Assembly (NCBI GenBank): GCA_020137815.1
Contig: CM035360.1
Location: forward strand, 3,038,001 to 3,102,000
Direction: 5' to 3'
From: Hormiphora californensis
Taxonomy: Eukaryota; Animalia; Ctenophora
Length of the DNA stretch: 64,000 nt
Shown here: positions 37,293 through 49,976 of the stretch, one piece after another
How positions within the stretch are numbered: the stretch's first letter is position 1
Layout of the letters: the number at the start of each line of letters is the position of its first letter
Notes under the pieces: model-generated
Database searches by the model: none
What the model was told of the DNA's origin: nothing
The model's input: only the letters and a program-made list of their open reading frames with translations
Translations under genes and position numbers: made by a program

Positions 37293-38581
37293 GGCAGGTC
37301 GGTAGAACTTCGACAGAATTTAGGGTAGGTCAATTTAGGGTAGGTTTGAATTTAGGGTAGGTCTGAATTTAGGGTAGGTCTGAATTTAGGGTAGGTCTGA
37401 ATTTAGGGTAGGTGCATTTAGGGTAGGTCTGAATTTAGGGTAGGTCCGTAACGTATCGTTTATTAAAGCATTGCAATTCGACATTAGGTTCTGATTAGGT
37501 CGCTGAACCGTATCTCGTATCAACTCATTGAAATTCGAGGTTAGACACAAATTAGGTCCCTGAACCGCGTCCCGTATCTCGTATCAACTCATTTCAATTC
37601 GATCTTAGTCACCGATTAGGTCGCTGAACCGCGTCCCGTATCTCGTATCAACTCATTGCAATTCCATCTTAGTCACCGAGACTAAGTACTACTTAAAGTA
37701 GGTGAACTGAGTTAGGTCGGTAATCGGTATACTGTGTTCCGTATTGCATCAAATGAAATTATTAGTTTATGCACGTAGACTTTAAGAGTTCCATCCTGAG
37801 TTGAAACCTGTTTAAGAAAAAAAACAATAATTCGTTTGCCATCTCATTTGTGTCTAACCTCGAATTCCAATGAGTTGATACGAGATATGGGACGCGGTTC
37901 AGCGACCTAATCGGTGACAAAGATCGAATTGAAATGAGTTGATACGAGATACGGGACGCGGTTCAGGGACCTAATTTGTGTCTAACCTCGAATTTCAATG
38001 AGTTGATACGAGATACGGGACGTGGTTCAGCGACCTAATCGGTGACTAAGATCGAATTGAAATGAGTTGATACGAGATACGGGACGCGGTTCAGGGACCT
38101 AATCGGTGACTAAGATCGAATTGAAATGAGTTGATACGAGATACGGGACGCGGTTCAGGGACCTAATTTGTGTCTAACCTCGAATTTCAATGAGTTGATA
38201 CGAGATACGGGACGTGGTTCAGCGACCTAATCGGTGACTAAGATCGAATTGAAATGAGATGATACGAGATACGGGACGCGGTTCAGCGACCTAATCAGAA
38301 CCTAATGTCGAATTGCAATGCTTTGATAAACGATACGTTACGGACCTACCCTAAATTCAGACCTACCCTAAATTCACCTACCCTAAATTCAGACCTACCC
38401 TAAATTCAGACCTACCCTAAATTCAGACCTACCCTAAATTCAGACCTACCCTAAATTCACCTACCCTAAATTCAGACCTACCCTAAATTCAGACCTACCC
38501 TAAATTCAGACCTACCCTAAATTCAGACCTACCCTAAATTCAGACCTACCCTAAATTCTGTCGAAGTTCTACCGACCTGCC
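37293..38581. mobile_element. Foldback element, about 1.29 kb, with long modular inverted arms
   Basis: GGCAGGTCGGTAGAACTTCGACAGAATTT is perfectly inverted at the right end; arms carry 17-bp TGAATTTAGGGTAGGTC and about 61-bp tandem units. No ORF and no TSD seen. Confidence 0.9.
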
Positions 38582-38589
38582 CCAAGGTC

Positions 38590-39670
38590 GGCGTCCACTA
38601 TGTTTGAAAACTCTTTTTCGGTTCTTGGGGCGAAACTATGGAACACTCTTCCAAAGTGTGTCAAGGAGGCCGGGAATATCGATGAACTCAAGGTTGTACT
38701 GGGAGGGTACCTCAGGGGCATTGCTGATAGACCACCAACGAGGGGGTACTCGTGTGTTCATGGAAACTCCTTGTTGGACTATGCCCTGAGCCGGGGCCCG
38801 GGGCACGGACTTCTAGGTAGTTGTAAAACCGATGGAGTTCATAGAGGCTCAAAGCGTTTGTTTGTAATGTGGATGTCTCGACATGATTGGTCAAACTATT
38901 TTGAAGATTTGAAGATTTGATTGACCTAAGCTTTCGCATGTAGGAAGGAATATAGAAAGGAATGGTGCAGAATAGAGATAGTAGGTCATAGGTGGGATAT
39001 AAGGGAGCTGGAGCTCCTCTGATGGAAGGTTCATCGATCCGTCAGACACTGTGCGTGATTTAGGTGTTATACTCTCGAGTGATGGGCAATGGTCGGCCCA
39101 AATATCTCGTGTAGTCACCACGGCTAGTCGGGTTGCTGGATGGACACTAAGTGCCTTCAGATCCAGAACTCGCCGCACCATGATGACTCTTTACAAGTCA
39201 CTAGTTCATCCCCATCTAGACTACTGTTGCACACTGTGGTCACCTACTAAAATTGGGGATATCAGTCGTGTTGAGGAGATCCAGCGATCCTACACTCGCA
39301 AGATTGCTGGTCTCAAGGGGTTGGATTACTGGCAACGTCTTCAGTCTTTGGGACTTATGTCACTTCAACGCCGACGGGAGAGGTACACTGTCATCCTTGT
39401 TTGGAAAGTGTATAACAACGAGATTCCTAATAGTACTGCTATGTCCTTCGGTGATACGCACCGCTCTGGCCCAAGAGCTGTCGTCCCGCGTTATTCATAT
39501 GAAGCCCAACGCTCTATGAACAATCATTTGCGGTACTGGGGGCAAGGTTGTGGAATGTTCTTCCACGAACTGTAAAAGAGGCTCCAACTCTTCACCAGTT
39601 CAAATCTCAGTTGGGTAGTTTTCTCTCCACTATTCCTGACACACCCCCTGTCAGCAGTTACCCTGCTCAA
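38590..39670 (+). mobile_element. Two CR1/L2-group LINE 3' fragments
   Basis: SFSVLGAKLWNTLP..DRPP..GY..NSLLD; RDLGVILS..TLYKSLVHPHLDYCCTLWSP..LMSLQRRRERY. Confidence 0.88.
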
Positions 39671-40204
39671 GCCAAGAGAGACAACAGACAGGACACAGGA
39701 ACCCAGGAATAAACCAGGTAAGGACAAGGGAGGCAGGGTTAGGGTTGGGAGTTGGGACTTGGGTTAGGGTTGGGGTTTGGGTTAAGCCAGATAAACTTTG
39801 AATTAGCCAAAACGGTTGAACGGTTTGGCGGTTAGAGCCATTTTAGTGAATTAACTTTTTAGGCAGCGTGCACACTGCACCTGTTAACATGCTACGAAAC
39901 ACCCAGATCGTAACGGCACGCCCAAACACCCAGATCGTAACGGCGCCCCGCAAAACGGCCATCTTGGAAACTTTCAAGTGGGTCCCTGAAAAAGCTCGAA
40001 AACGTCGCGCGGCGTCGCGTTTTCGTAACGCGCAAATCACAAAAATGTGCCGCGCAACACAATTATTTTCGCGCGCGCTGTTTTTTAATTGTTACATTTT
40101 TTAAATGTAAAGTTTTCAGCCCAGAAAATTTTCTAATTTTTAAAACTAAGTAAGAAAATTTTCTAATTTTTAAAACTAAATTTCTGAAACTTCTGCAATC
40201 AGCA

Positions 40205-40591
40205 ATGGCGAAGTTTATCACAGCTAACAACTTTGCCGAATATATGAAGGCCGCTGAGAGCAGCAAAATGTCTTGTTCGCAGATTTTTGCCCTCTTTACT
40301 GGTTCACTGACAGCGTCCGGAAAAAGCTGGTGTCCCGACTGCGTCCGGGCCGATCCTGTCATTGAGGAAGCAGCGAAATCACTTCCTTCTGGAACATGTC
40401 TCATCACTACTTACATTGACCGACCCACCTGGAAGGATCAAGATAATCAATTCCGGAAGGGGAGTCTGAAATTGAAGTCGGTACCTACTTTGGTGAAACT
40501 GGGGTCGGAACAGCGATTAGTGGAGAGTGAATGTGCCAAGAAATCGCTTGTTGAAATGCTCTTCGAGGAAGTAGACAGTTGGGGTAGATGA
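40205..40591 (+). CDS. TXNDC17: Thioredoxin domain-containing protein 17 (TRP14), intronless, 128 aa
   Basis: FTGS...GKSWCPDCVRADPVI active site, DRPTWKD..N.FR, LKSVPTLVK and RLVESEC..LVEMLFEE. Confidence 0.93.
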   Translation: MAKFITANNFAEYMKAAESSKMSCSQIFALFTGSLTASGKSWCPDCVRADPVIEEAAKSLPSGTCLITTYIDRPTWKDQDNQFRKGSLKLKSVPTLVKLGSEQRLVESECAKKSLVEMLFEEVDSWGR

Positions 40592-40644
40592 TATAACTTA
40601 TTTTTACACTTTATGTTTTACACTTTATGTTTTACGTTTCCTCG

Positions 40645-42287
40645 GACAAGAGGTGACATGTGTGACTGGAGCGAAAAAATACCACTCAGAGAGAACACTG
40701 TCAGACTGGATTATCATGAGGACTGAGGCTCTCTTTCCCCAAACATGTAGAGAGTGTAGTGAATCCTATACGGTGAAAAGGACTGATACACCCCCTGTTC
40801 GGTGTAACTATTGCGATGCTGGACTTCACAACTGTGCGGCTATCCTTGCTGAAGCTGGGAACAAAACCAACACAAGGAGCCGAATATGGATGTGCAACGA
40901 CTGTGTCTCAAAACATACTATTGAGAGGTTCAACAGTCACCTACCTGAGGGAGGTCCTCCAAACCCTACTCTTAATTCAACTCGACGCAGTTCAAATAGA
41001 GAGGTATTGGACAGAAGGACCAGTCAGCCTGCTGGCGGACGGAACGATCTTGCTGGCAGAAGGAATAATGGCCCACCTACCGGTGGAGATACAGGGTCGG
41101 ACACGGAGGTTTGTAAATTCTACCTGCAGAGGAGATGCCGACACGGCAAAAACGGAACCGCCAGGGTTGGAAACAGAACCTGCCCAAAAGCCCACCCCAC
41201 CCTGTGTAAAAAGTTCTGTAACTATGGAACCATGAGGAGATTTGGATGTGATGCCACAAATTGCAACCTATTTCATCCTCCCCTCTGTAAGAACTCAGAG
41301 TTACGTCACCAGTGCTTTAAACAAAACTGCATGAAGCAACATCTTAAAGATACTCAGAGGAGCCCGCCTTTTAGAGTTGATGAAGCACCCCGGAACACTG
41401 GTTATGCTCGGAATGATCGTGACAGAAACCAATCCTCTCGGAGCAGGGGTGCAAACCAAGCACCTCCAAATGAACCAGGAAACTGGTCGTCTGAGCCAAC
41501 TAGGGATAGGATACCAAGCAGATCCCAATGGCCTCAGGATCAGAACAGGGGCACGAGGCCTGACCCAGACCCGGCTTTTTTAGTCCATCATTAGGCCTCA
41601 GGTGGAGTACTGTTGTCCATTATGGAGCCCGGTGAAAAAGTCTGATATCGCCCTGGTTGAAGAGGCTCAAAGACACTTCACACGTAGGATTGAGAGCTGT
41701 TCCGGCATGGGGTACTGGGATCGGCTCCAACATCTTGGTATCTTGTCCCTCCAGCGGCGTCGTGAGCGATACATGATTATCCATGTCTGGAAGGTTCTTC
41801 ATGAGGTAGTTCCAAACGGCACGGGTCTCCTGTTTACTGAGCACACCCGTCTTGGTACCAGAGCATTGGTCCCCCGTTACAATTACCTCGCTCAAAAATC
41901 CATATCTGGCCCTTATGACTCATCATTCGGTGTTAGAGGAGCACAGTTGTGGAATTCCCTACCCCGTGCAGTGAGAGAGGCAACATCACTGCTCGAGTTG
42001 AAACAGTCCCTTGGGTCCTACTTAACCACCATCCCCGACCAGCCACCTGTCCGCGGTTACCGGGTGGAGCACAGTAACTCCTTGATTGATTGGAGAAATG
42101 ACCCCAGTGTGTTTAAAGAGATGGGCGAATCATAGAAATGTGTTTTGCTTTTCATTGTCATTTGGCTGATACATATAACCTGCTGACTTTCCATGTCATC
42201 TGAGTGTTGGCTCCTTTTGAGCTAAAGCTTTGTGTACAATACTAAATTTATTTACGAATGTTTACGAATGTTTACGAATGTTTACGT
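40645..42287 (+). mobile_element. Internally deleted CR1/L2-group LINE: PHD/CCCH zinc-finger ORF1 (40653-41594) joined to the ORF2 C-terminus (about 41590-42134) and a (TTTACGAATG)n tail
   Basis: ORF1 has CREC..CNYC..H.C..WMCNDC, CKFYLQRRCRHG and HPPLC; ORF2 has EYCCPLWSP..SLQRRRERY..PDQPPVRGY; tandem tail at 42251-42286. Confidence 0.85.
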
Positions 42288-42386
42288 TGGATCACTTTTA
42301 CAAACTCTTGTCCATTTTCTTCACCCAAACCCCTGTGTTATTATCGTAAACCATTATATTATCTAGAAATGTAAACTCGGAAGGAT

Positions 42387-43340
42387 ATGTATTTTGACCC
42401 CGTTAAATGTGTTGCCCTTGCCCTTGGAACCACCGGATTTGTAATCAACAGTATCCTAGTTGGTCTCAACTTTACCTCTCCATCCCTTCCCTCGGTAAAA
42501 CATGAGCTCCTGATACTATACAGACACATCGTGACGGTAGATGTTCTATCATGCTTCCTTCCCATTGTCTTATTCTTCTCGGACACCCACATCTCTGAAC
42601 TTGGCTCCGTTGCTTTCCTCCTCGGCGTGGCCCAGTTCTTTCTCAGCAGCGTTCTAACCATTACTTCCCTCGGTGTTTTCTCCGCTAGCTCCGTCTTTAG
42701 AAAAATCAACTTCATTGTTTCCACCTGTGTTGGGATTTGGCTTCTTTCCACAGTGGCTGGAATCGTCTCCCTGATCATCAAAAACATCCTTGATGTGTGT
42801 GAGATACTCCGCAAGGGGTACTTCATCGTCCACGTCTTTGCTGGTTCTGTATGCAGCGTGGCTGGCCTGGTCCGTATTTGCCTCCTCCTATCATGGATAA
42901 TCCGGCTTGTCCAATTATCCCCCTCCTGGATTCACTACTCTCGACCTCTTCTTGGTGTCCTCGCGGAAACTGTTGTCAGTTTTCTCGCTAACTTGGCTGC
43001 CTTGCTGTGTGGAATCATGTTCATGATGCCCCATGATGGTGATGAAGGGACTGGGAGAGAGTTTCACTTATCTCTCTTTGTCATGTCTGTGTGTGGAGTC
43101 TCGTGTGTTAACGGCGTGGTTATTTTACTGCAGCCCTACTACAAGGAACGGATCAAGAAGGTGTGTGGAATCAATAGCTATGAGCCGATCGTGTCGTCTT
43201 ATTTCGTTATTCGATCAGGCGGAATCCTGGATTTCAGTATTGATACCACTAAAGATGAAAGTATTGAGGTTCCACTGTTACTCAGGAGAGATCACAGCCA
43301 CGGGGCCATGTCAACCATGCGAACTTTAGATGGATTGTAG
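42387..43340 (+). CDS. Intronless multi-pass (about 7 TM) membrane protein, orphan GPCR-like, 317 aa
   Basis: Long intact ORF with about seven hydrophobic segments, a TM1 G..IN and a basic segment after the last TM; AATAAA at about 43562. Confidence 0.65.
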   Translation: MYFDPVKCVALALGTTGFVINSILVGLNFTSPSLPSVKHELLILYRHIVTVDVLSCFLPIVLFFSDTHISELGSVAFLLGVAQFFLSSVLTITSLGVFSASSVFRKINFIVSTCVGIWLLSTVAGIVSLIIKNILDVCEILRKGYFIVHVFAGSVCSVAGLVRICLLLSWIIRLVQLSPSWIHYSRPLLGVLAETVVSFLANLAALLCGIMFMMPHDGDEGTGREFHLSLFVMSVCGVSCVNGVVILLQPYYKERIKKVCGINSYEPIVSSYFVIRSGGILDFSIDTTKDESIEVPLLLRRDHSHGAMSTMRTLDGL

Positions 43341-43754
43341 ATGGACCAATCACATTTGAGAATCTCACACGGATTGTAGATGGACCAATCACATTTGAGA
43401 ATCTTAGCAATCATTTCTCGATTCTCCAAAACTGACTTGAATGTATTGATATTTTTTGTGTTGATGTTTTAATTTTGTAACTGTGTATCGTATTTTCAGA
43501 AAAGGGCTTGTCAGTAATTTTTACCGTGTTTTTAATTTAATTTTTGTTTGTAAATTACACTAATAAACATTTTTTATACCGTCGATGAGCTGTCTCAACC
43601 CCCCCCCCCATATAATTCTTCTGATTATATCTCCTTCCACCATTGTTTCATAATCATTCTCCCATTAGAACATGTCAAGTTAGTGATCAGATTTGGTAGT
43701 ACCCACCAGCTACTTTCTGATTGCGAGGTTACCAAGTTAGTGGACCATATAACA

Positions 43755-45341
43755 ATGACGGGTAAGAAGGGAGTCTTGACAGACACTCTGGACACTCTCA
43801 GTTTCTGGGTTAGCTGGTCCTGGACCTACCTACTAATGCTCTGGTTCCTGCTCATCATGTTCCTTATCTGGTTCCTCCGGTAATTGATTAGTTTACTAAT
43901 TAGGTTACTAATTAGTAAACTAGTAAAATGTTTCCCTTTCACATATATACTACTCCGTACTATTCTACACATGAATCCTACACACATGCTATAGTTTTCA
44001 ATTAACACCTTTGTACAGTAGATCTGATATATCTTTTGTTACACGTTGTGTATCATGTTACACAATAACTGCAGTTGTAATATGTGTGGTACTACTGGGT
44101 GAAATATAGCATGTGTTTTTAGAGGGGTGTGTAACACCATTGAAAACTAAAGATAGTTTTGGGCGTCATTTTGTTTGTAACTATTTGATCATGATTCTTT
44201 TCCTTTCAGAGCCCCATTACGCCTGCACGAGAACCTCGATCAGCTTGGTTTTTTCATGAACAGTCTGACTCCCAAGTTTTACGTTGCCCTAACCGGGACT
44301 TCTTCTGTGATTTCCGGAGTTATTCCTCATCTTTGAATGGTGGTAAGTGATTGTTTGATGAAGGAGCACAGTGAATGATTGTTTTTATGAAGGAGCACTG
44401 CAACATTAAGAGCGTGATTTGTACACCTACGTGCTAAGAGGTTATGTTATGGAAGTGGAACCTTGCTTTGAGTGTTCACTAAAAGAGTAGTTGACCAGAA
44501 GAGGAAGAACATGCTCTAGAGAGTGTAAAGTAGAATGTAGTGTGTAAAGTAGAATGTAGTGTACCCAAATATTTGGATTGAGTAGTACTCAATGAGTACA
44601 TTACTCTCTATCGTTCTCTGTATATCTTCTCTATATTTCTTTCCCGCGTCTCTCTCTTTTGCTCTTCCCCTCCAGCTCCCTTCCCACTGCTGCGTTCTAG
44701 AATCCTTATTATAAAGTACAAATGAGTGGCGTGATGATGGAGTATCCTAGCTTGCAACACTAGCGTGCAACAATCTGTCCATTTGCCCGTGCGAATCAAG
44801 GGGTTGTTATGGTTGGTGGGGAAAGGTGTGAATACTGCACGTGAATGTTGTTGGTTGTTTGTTGTGTGTTCCTGCGGTGTTTTGCGATGTGATGGCATCT
44901 ACTGTTGCTGCCCCGATGAATACCAAAGCGTTTCTACCTACGTACCCCTGTTAACTACTCTACACAGCTACAATTCTACGGATGTTTATCACCTAATTCG
45001 ACACGTTTCAAGCAGCCATCAAACGATGACCCTTGATGTTCATCATGATCTCTACCACTCTACCAACCTCCATATTCTTCAGCCTGACATGATGGAGTAA
45101 GAGAGTGAGAGAGAGAGAGAGTGGGTAAGAGAGGTAGAGATAGAGACAAAGAGAGATAGAGAGGGAGAGAGCTAGAGAGAGAGAGAGAGAGAGCTGAGAG
45201 AGATGGAGCGAGAAAGATAGAGATACAGAGGGACAGCGAGCTAGATAGAGCGAGAGATAGAGAGATAGAGGGAAAGAGAGATAGAGGGACAGAGAGAGAG
45301 ATAGAGAAAGGATATGATGAAGAGATGAAGTGAGAGAATGG

Positions 45342-45383
<42 letters not shown>

Positions 45384-48300
45384 TAGAGAGAGGGGGGGGA
45401 AGAGAGAGGGAGAGAGAGACATCAACGGGGTCCAGCCAACGGGCTTTCTAGTATTATATATCTTTGGTCTAACAGGCAACAACTCATACATGCTCTTATC
45501 TGTAATTTGTGTGTAACAAGTAACAATTCTTTACTCTTATTTTCTCAGGCCAGCTTCTTCCATGGCACCTTCCTTCCCAGTTGAGTGCTCCCTCTCTCAT
45601 CCTTCTTTTTTCCAGGTACTTCCAGAAGTATGGCAACTCTCTGATTGAGCAGCTCGCTCTCACCTACGTAGCCCCTTTTATTGGTGGTATTGACCTGCCT
45701 GAGAAACCGGCCCAGAGCGAGTGCAAGGTATGTTATACAATGTGTTATAGAAGCATTGGTCTTCTAGGCCATTATGGAATAGGAAATTAGGAAGTTGTCT
45801 CACAAAAGACTGTCCTCTCCGAACCGGGCCGAAGCTCGACATATGACAAAGTACAAGGTAGTACCTAGTACAATTACCTAGTGTTATATATCCTCTACTG
45901 TGGAGGGTGTGTATGTTTCGGGTGATTTGTAAGTCTTGCATGTGTCGAAATATGCACAGGGGGAGGAAAGGAAAGATGTACATATAATATTGTTGTGCTG
46001 GAATGGGGAGAGAGAGATGTAATTGAAGGGGAGGGAGAAGTTGGCGGGAGAAATCATAAGTTTTCAAGATCATGAAACATGTACAGTCGAACCCCGATTT
46101 ACCGGGAAATTCCGGTAAATCTTTCATCTGGGCCCGGTAAATCGGAGTCCGACTGTACAATGTACATCATACACTATTCATGACTCAGTGTAAAAAACAA
46201 TAGACACACGTCTTGTAAATTGTGATGTTCTCCTTTTTGACACACGTTTTTACAGGTCTGGAGGAACCCAATGAACCTGATACGAGGTTGCGAGTATTTT
46301 AAATTTATGCAGGTAACGGTCTCCCCCCATTTTCCCAATCATTTATTCGAATTTTGAAATCCAGAAAGCACAGCTTCCATTGTAAACCAGCTCATACAGT
46401 GTAAAACCCCGGTTCACATCAGGTAACAGGTAGCAGTCCCCTGACTCACTACGACAAGAACCTATCATCACAGGACCAGCAGATGTTCTTCTGCGCTGAT
46501 GTCTCAGGTGAATATTGTAATAATGGGGGGGGTTCAACCCTAAAAATTTCCATTGATACCCACTTTTTTGGCAAATGGAAATTTTATTTTGGAAATTTTT
46601 AGAAATTTTTAGAAATTATTGGAAATTTTTGGAAATTTTTAGAATTTTTTGGAAATTTTTAGAAATTTTTAGAAATTTTTAGAAATTTATGGACAATGGA
46701 AATTTTTGGAAGTTTTTAGTAAATGGAAATTTTTAGAAATTTTTAGAAGTTTTTAGAAATTTTTAGAAATTTTTAGAAGTTTTTAGAAACTTTTAGAAGC
46801 TTATATAAGTTCGTCGGTAACCCGATTCCAAGGTAATGACAGGTAATCTATGCATGTTTTCGACAGTAAGTTAGTACTTATTCTCGCTATATCCCTTATC
46901 GAGTTTAAAAAGAGTTTAAGTTTCTATATTGTATGCTAAGAAACCTGATCTACTACGGTATTAAGCATTAGTCATGGTAAAAGGACCCGTCCGAAGGAAT
47001 ATTTAAAAGTAAGTTACCAAATAGCACCTTATATAAGTACATAAGGTATCTTGTGCTATTTGGTAACTTATTTTTAAATCAGTTTTCGAGACGTCCGCGT
47101 CCTTAGTTGTCCAATGAAGCTATGATTTCTGAAGAAATTGTACGGATTGCCCAAAAATATATGATATCGATGTCTTATCTATCATTCAATAACTTATTGA
47201 TGCTCAGTTGTCACAAGAGGTAAGGAAAAGGAACCAGTTCTTCGACAACTGTGTTTATATATTTTCAAGTTTTTGTTAATTTTTCTTTTCTTGGTCAATG
47301 GAAATTTTTGGAAATTTTTAGAATTTTTTAGAAATTTTTGGAAATTAATGGAAATTTTTGGAAATTTTTAGAAATTTTTGGAAATTTTTAGTACTAAAAA
47401 CTTCTAAAAATTTCTAAAAATTTCTAAAAATTTCCATCGATACCCGGATTTTGGCAAATGGAAATGGAAATTTTTAGGTTGAACCCCCCCCAATAATATA
47501 ATGCACACGGTGCTCCTGATAATTCACTATACTGCACTATACTCAATACTGCTGTTCTGAGAATGTAGGGATATAGAATTTAGACAGTAAAACTAAATCA
47601 CGACATACTAATTGATGTTTCAGGTGCGGGAGATAAATCAGATGAGATGATGGCTGAGGCGTGGCGGACCACGGACACAGAAAAACGTGTCTCTCTTGCC
47701 CTATCAGCAGTACAAACGAATTCCTCCTGTGCCTCAGCGTATATCATGCTAGGAGAAGAGATGGCCTCCACTGTCCCTGAAGCAGACAAATATTTCCGAT
47801 TGGCGCTCAAAGTTGCAGATAACAATATTAGGAAGTTTGTATCAATTCAAACTCACGACTCAAAAGCTAACTCCCTACACCGACGTGATATCAATATTTG
47901 TGTCTACGCGAGACGGCGTGTGGCAATGTGTCTCCGGAAGATGGGGAAGCTAAAGGAATGCATTAAAATAACCCGAGAGCTGATTAAAGAATTCCCAATA
48001 ATGAGCGTCCTCCACATCCACGAAAATCTGATCGAAGCGCTTCTAGCTCAGAAGGCATACAGTGATGTCCAGCAGTTGTTGACCCGATACGATGACCTAA
48101 ACCTGCCCAAATCAGCCGTTATTTGCTACACAGCGGCCCTTCTTAAAATCAGACCAGTCTGCGAGAAGTTCTTCTCTGACGTCACCCAAAGGAAAGGTCT
48201 AACAGCGCTCCAATATACCGCTGTGGAGGCGTTGCAGAGGGCAGTGGAGTTTAACCCTCATGTCCCTCAGTACCTGTTGGAAGAGAAGGCAGTTGTCCTT

Positions 48301-48750
48301 CCCCCGGAACATTTGTTAAAACGGGGCGACTCCGAAGCCATCGCTTATTCCTTCTACCATTCCTCCCACTGGAAGGAAGTCCCTGGTTCGGTTAAGTTCC
48401 TTCAATGCTTTTGGAAGGATACCTTCAAACTGATTCCGTTCCCTCTCGAAAAAGGAGTCATGTTCCATCCCTATACGATTGGAACAGAGGAAACGGACAG
48501 GAAACTACTTCCATCTTTCCACGAAGTCTCCGTGTACCCCAGAAAGGAGCTACCCTTTTTCCTGGTGTTCACTGCGGGTTTGTGTCTGTTCACCCTGACC
48601 CTGGCCCTCCTGACCCACTTCTATCCGGTCTTCATGGGAGAGCTAGCTAGGATCGCGTTGGAGTATTTTGCAACTCCATTTTCCGTGATTGCCGAGCACC
48701 TCCAAGCCCTCCTACCTCAACAGATATGGAACTTGTTAACTCGCACCTAG
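43755..48750 (+). CDS. ST7: Suppressor of tumorigenicity 7 homolog, 6 exons: 43755-43879, 44210-44342, 45616-45727, 46256-46312, 46423-46507, 47624-48750; apparent +1 frameshift at about 44325
   Basis: Motifs [86 protein letters not shown] and [15 protein letters not shown]. Confidence 0.95.
46084..46155. mobile_element. MITE family C, short copy
   Basis: TA|CAGTCGAACCCCGATTTACCGGG...CCCGGTAAATCGGAGTCCGACTG|TA. Confidence 0.85.
46525..47491. mobile_element. Non-autonomous TIR element with 10-bp GAAATTTTTA subterminal arrays, filling most of ST7 intron 5
   Basis: TIR G8-TTCAACC(C)TAAAAATTTCCAT / ATGGAAATTTTTAGGTTGAA-C8. Confidence 0.8.
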
Positions 48751-49068
48751 TGCAGCTCTGATCGTGATGACTGGTGATTGGCTAGAGAAAGTAAACCATG
48801 TTACCTAGCAACATATATGGTGATGGTAACCATGGTAACCATGGTAGCTACCAGCTCGCCAGACGGGTGATTATAATTGATATAATTTGTTACTTGGAAA
48901 TGGGAAGAATTTACAATAATCAGAAGTTGGTATGGAGCGAGATAAACCATGACCTTATATGGTGGTAAATACCACGATCTCATATAATACGACAGTTGGA
49001 AGCTTTATTATAATCGAAAAAAGTCACTTTCAGTAATGATCTAGATAAATTGCTGCTCCTTCGTTTAA

Positions 49069-49518
49069 AGGTTGACAAGATACCTAAAACTTTTCGTATA
49101 TCGTCTTATTTTGATTTATCATTAATTTTCAGCATTTTTTCAGAATTTTTTGTCGGCTAGAAATATGTGCAAAATAGGGGGTCTACTGACAAATGAGTGT
49201 GCCTTTTTTAAAATTGATACTGGAATATCTCCGGTTCCTGATGAGATACAGAAACCGTTTTGGTAGCGTTGGAAAGGTCTTATTAAGGCCAATCCAACGC
49301 AACCAAGATCAAGTAGCTATCTTTTGAGGAACCGGAAACGTGAATTTCAATTTGCGAGACGCAGTGAGTGTGCCCAGTAAAACCAGTGCTGACAATATCG
49401 GTAGACCCCCTATTTCGAATTTTTTTCTAGCCGACAAAAAATTCTGAAAAAATGCTGAAAATTAATGATAAATCAAAATAAGACGATATACGAAAAGTTT
49501 TAGGTATCTTGTCAACCT
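49069..49518. mobile_element. Non-autonomous Kolobok-like DNA transposon (450 bp)
   Basis: TTAA|AGGTTGACAAG...CTTGTCAACCT|TTAA with a perfect TIR of about 95 bp. A TTAA TSD with purine termini fits Kolobok rather than piggyBac. Confidence 0.8.
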
Positions 49519-49976
49519 TTAACTTGTGCAGTCGGACACCTCTCTTGCTCGATGGTAAGAGTTTTTCCCGGTATATCTTGTTACTTCCGAGCCGGTTACT
49601 AAAAAACAGGGTCGCGTAATCTGACAAGGTATATCGGGGTCCGATTGTAACTCTGAATCTTGGGGATCCTTGTATTGTTCATACTATTATGTGCAACCGC
49701 ACAAGGGGATCCCTCGTCTTTGTGTACCGTGAGAGAGGTTAATAATCAACATGTTATATCATCATCTCTGTATGTTCTGGCTGTATGTATCGTCAGCTTG
49801 TTTTATTTCGTCACGCTGTATAATATTTATTTTGTGAGATAAAACTTGAAACAGAAACATTATATAATACAGGCAACAGTGAAAGAATATAAGTAGGGAG
49901 AGAGCGGTGCAGCTGTCGTTGATTTGGAGAGATCAGTCTTTTACTAGACAAAGCTGTAGTAGGGGAGTAACGAGTA

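Noticed and set aside
39735-39790. TTAGGG-like run suggesting an interstitial telomere
   Set aside because: Only a few degenerate units; more likely part of a dispersed repeat.
44995-45055. Hammerhead-like motif on the minus strand (aUGAUGA...CUU-GAAA-CGUG-UC) in ST7 intron 2
   Set aside because: The core is disrupted at C3 and stem I does not pair; at best a decayed copy.
49232-49265. CTGATGA...GAAA motif (also CTGAAGA at about 27318 and CTGATGA at about 32644)
   Set aside because: No credible stem II or stem I pairing; chance matches inside other repeats.
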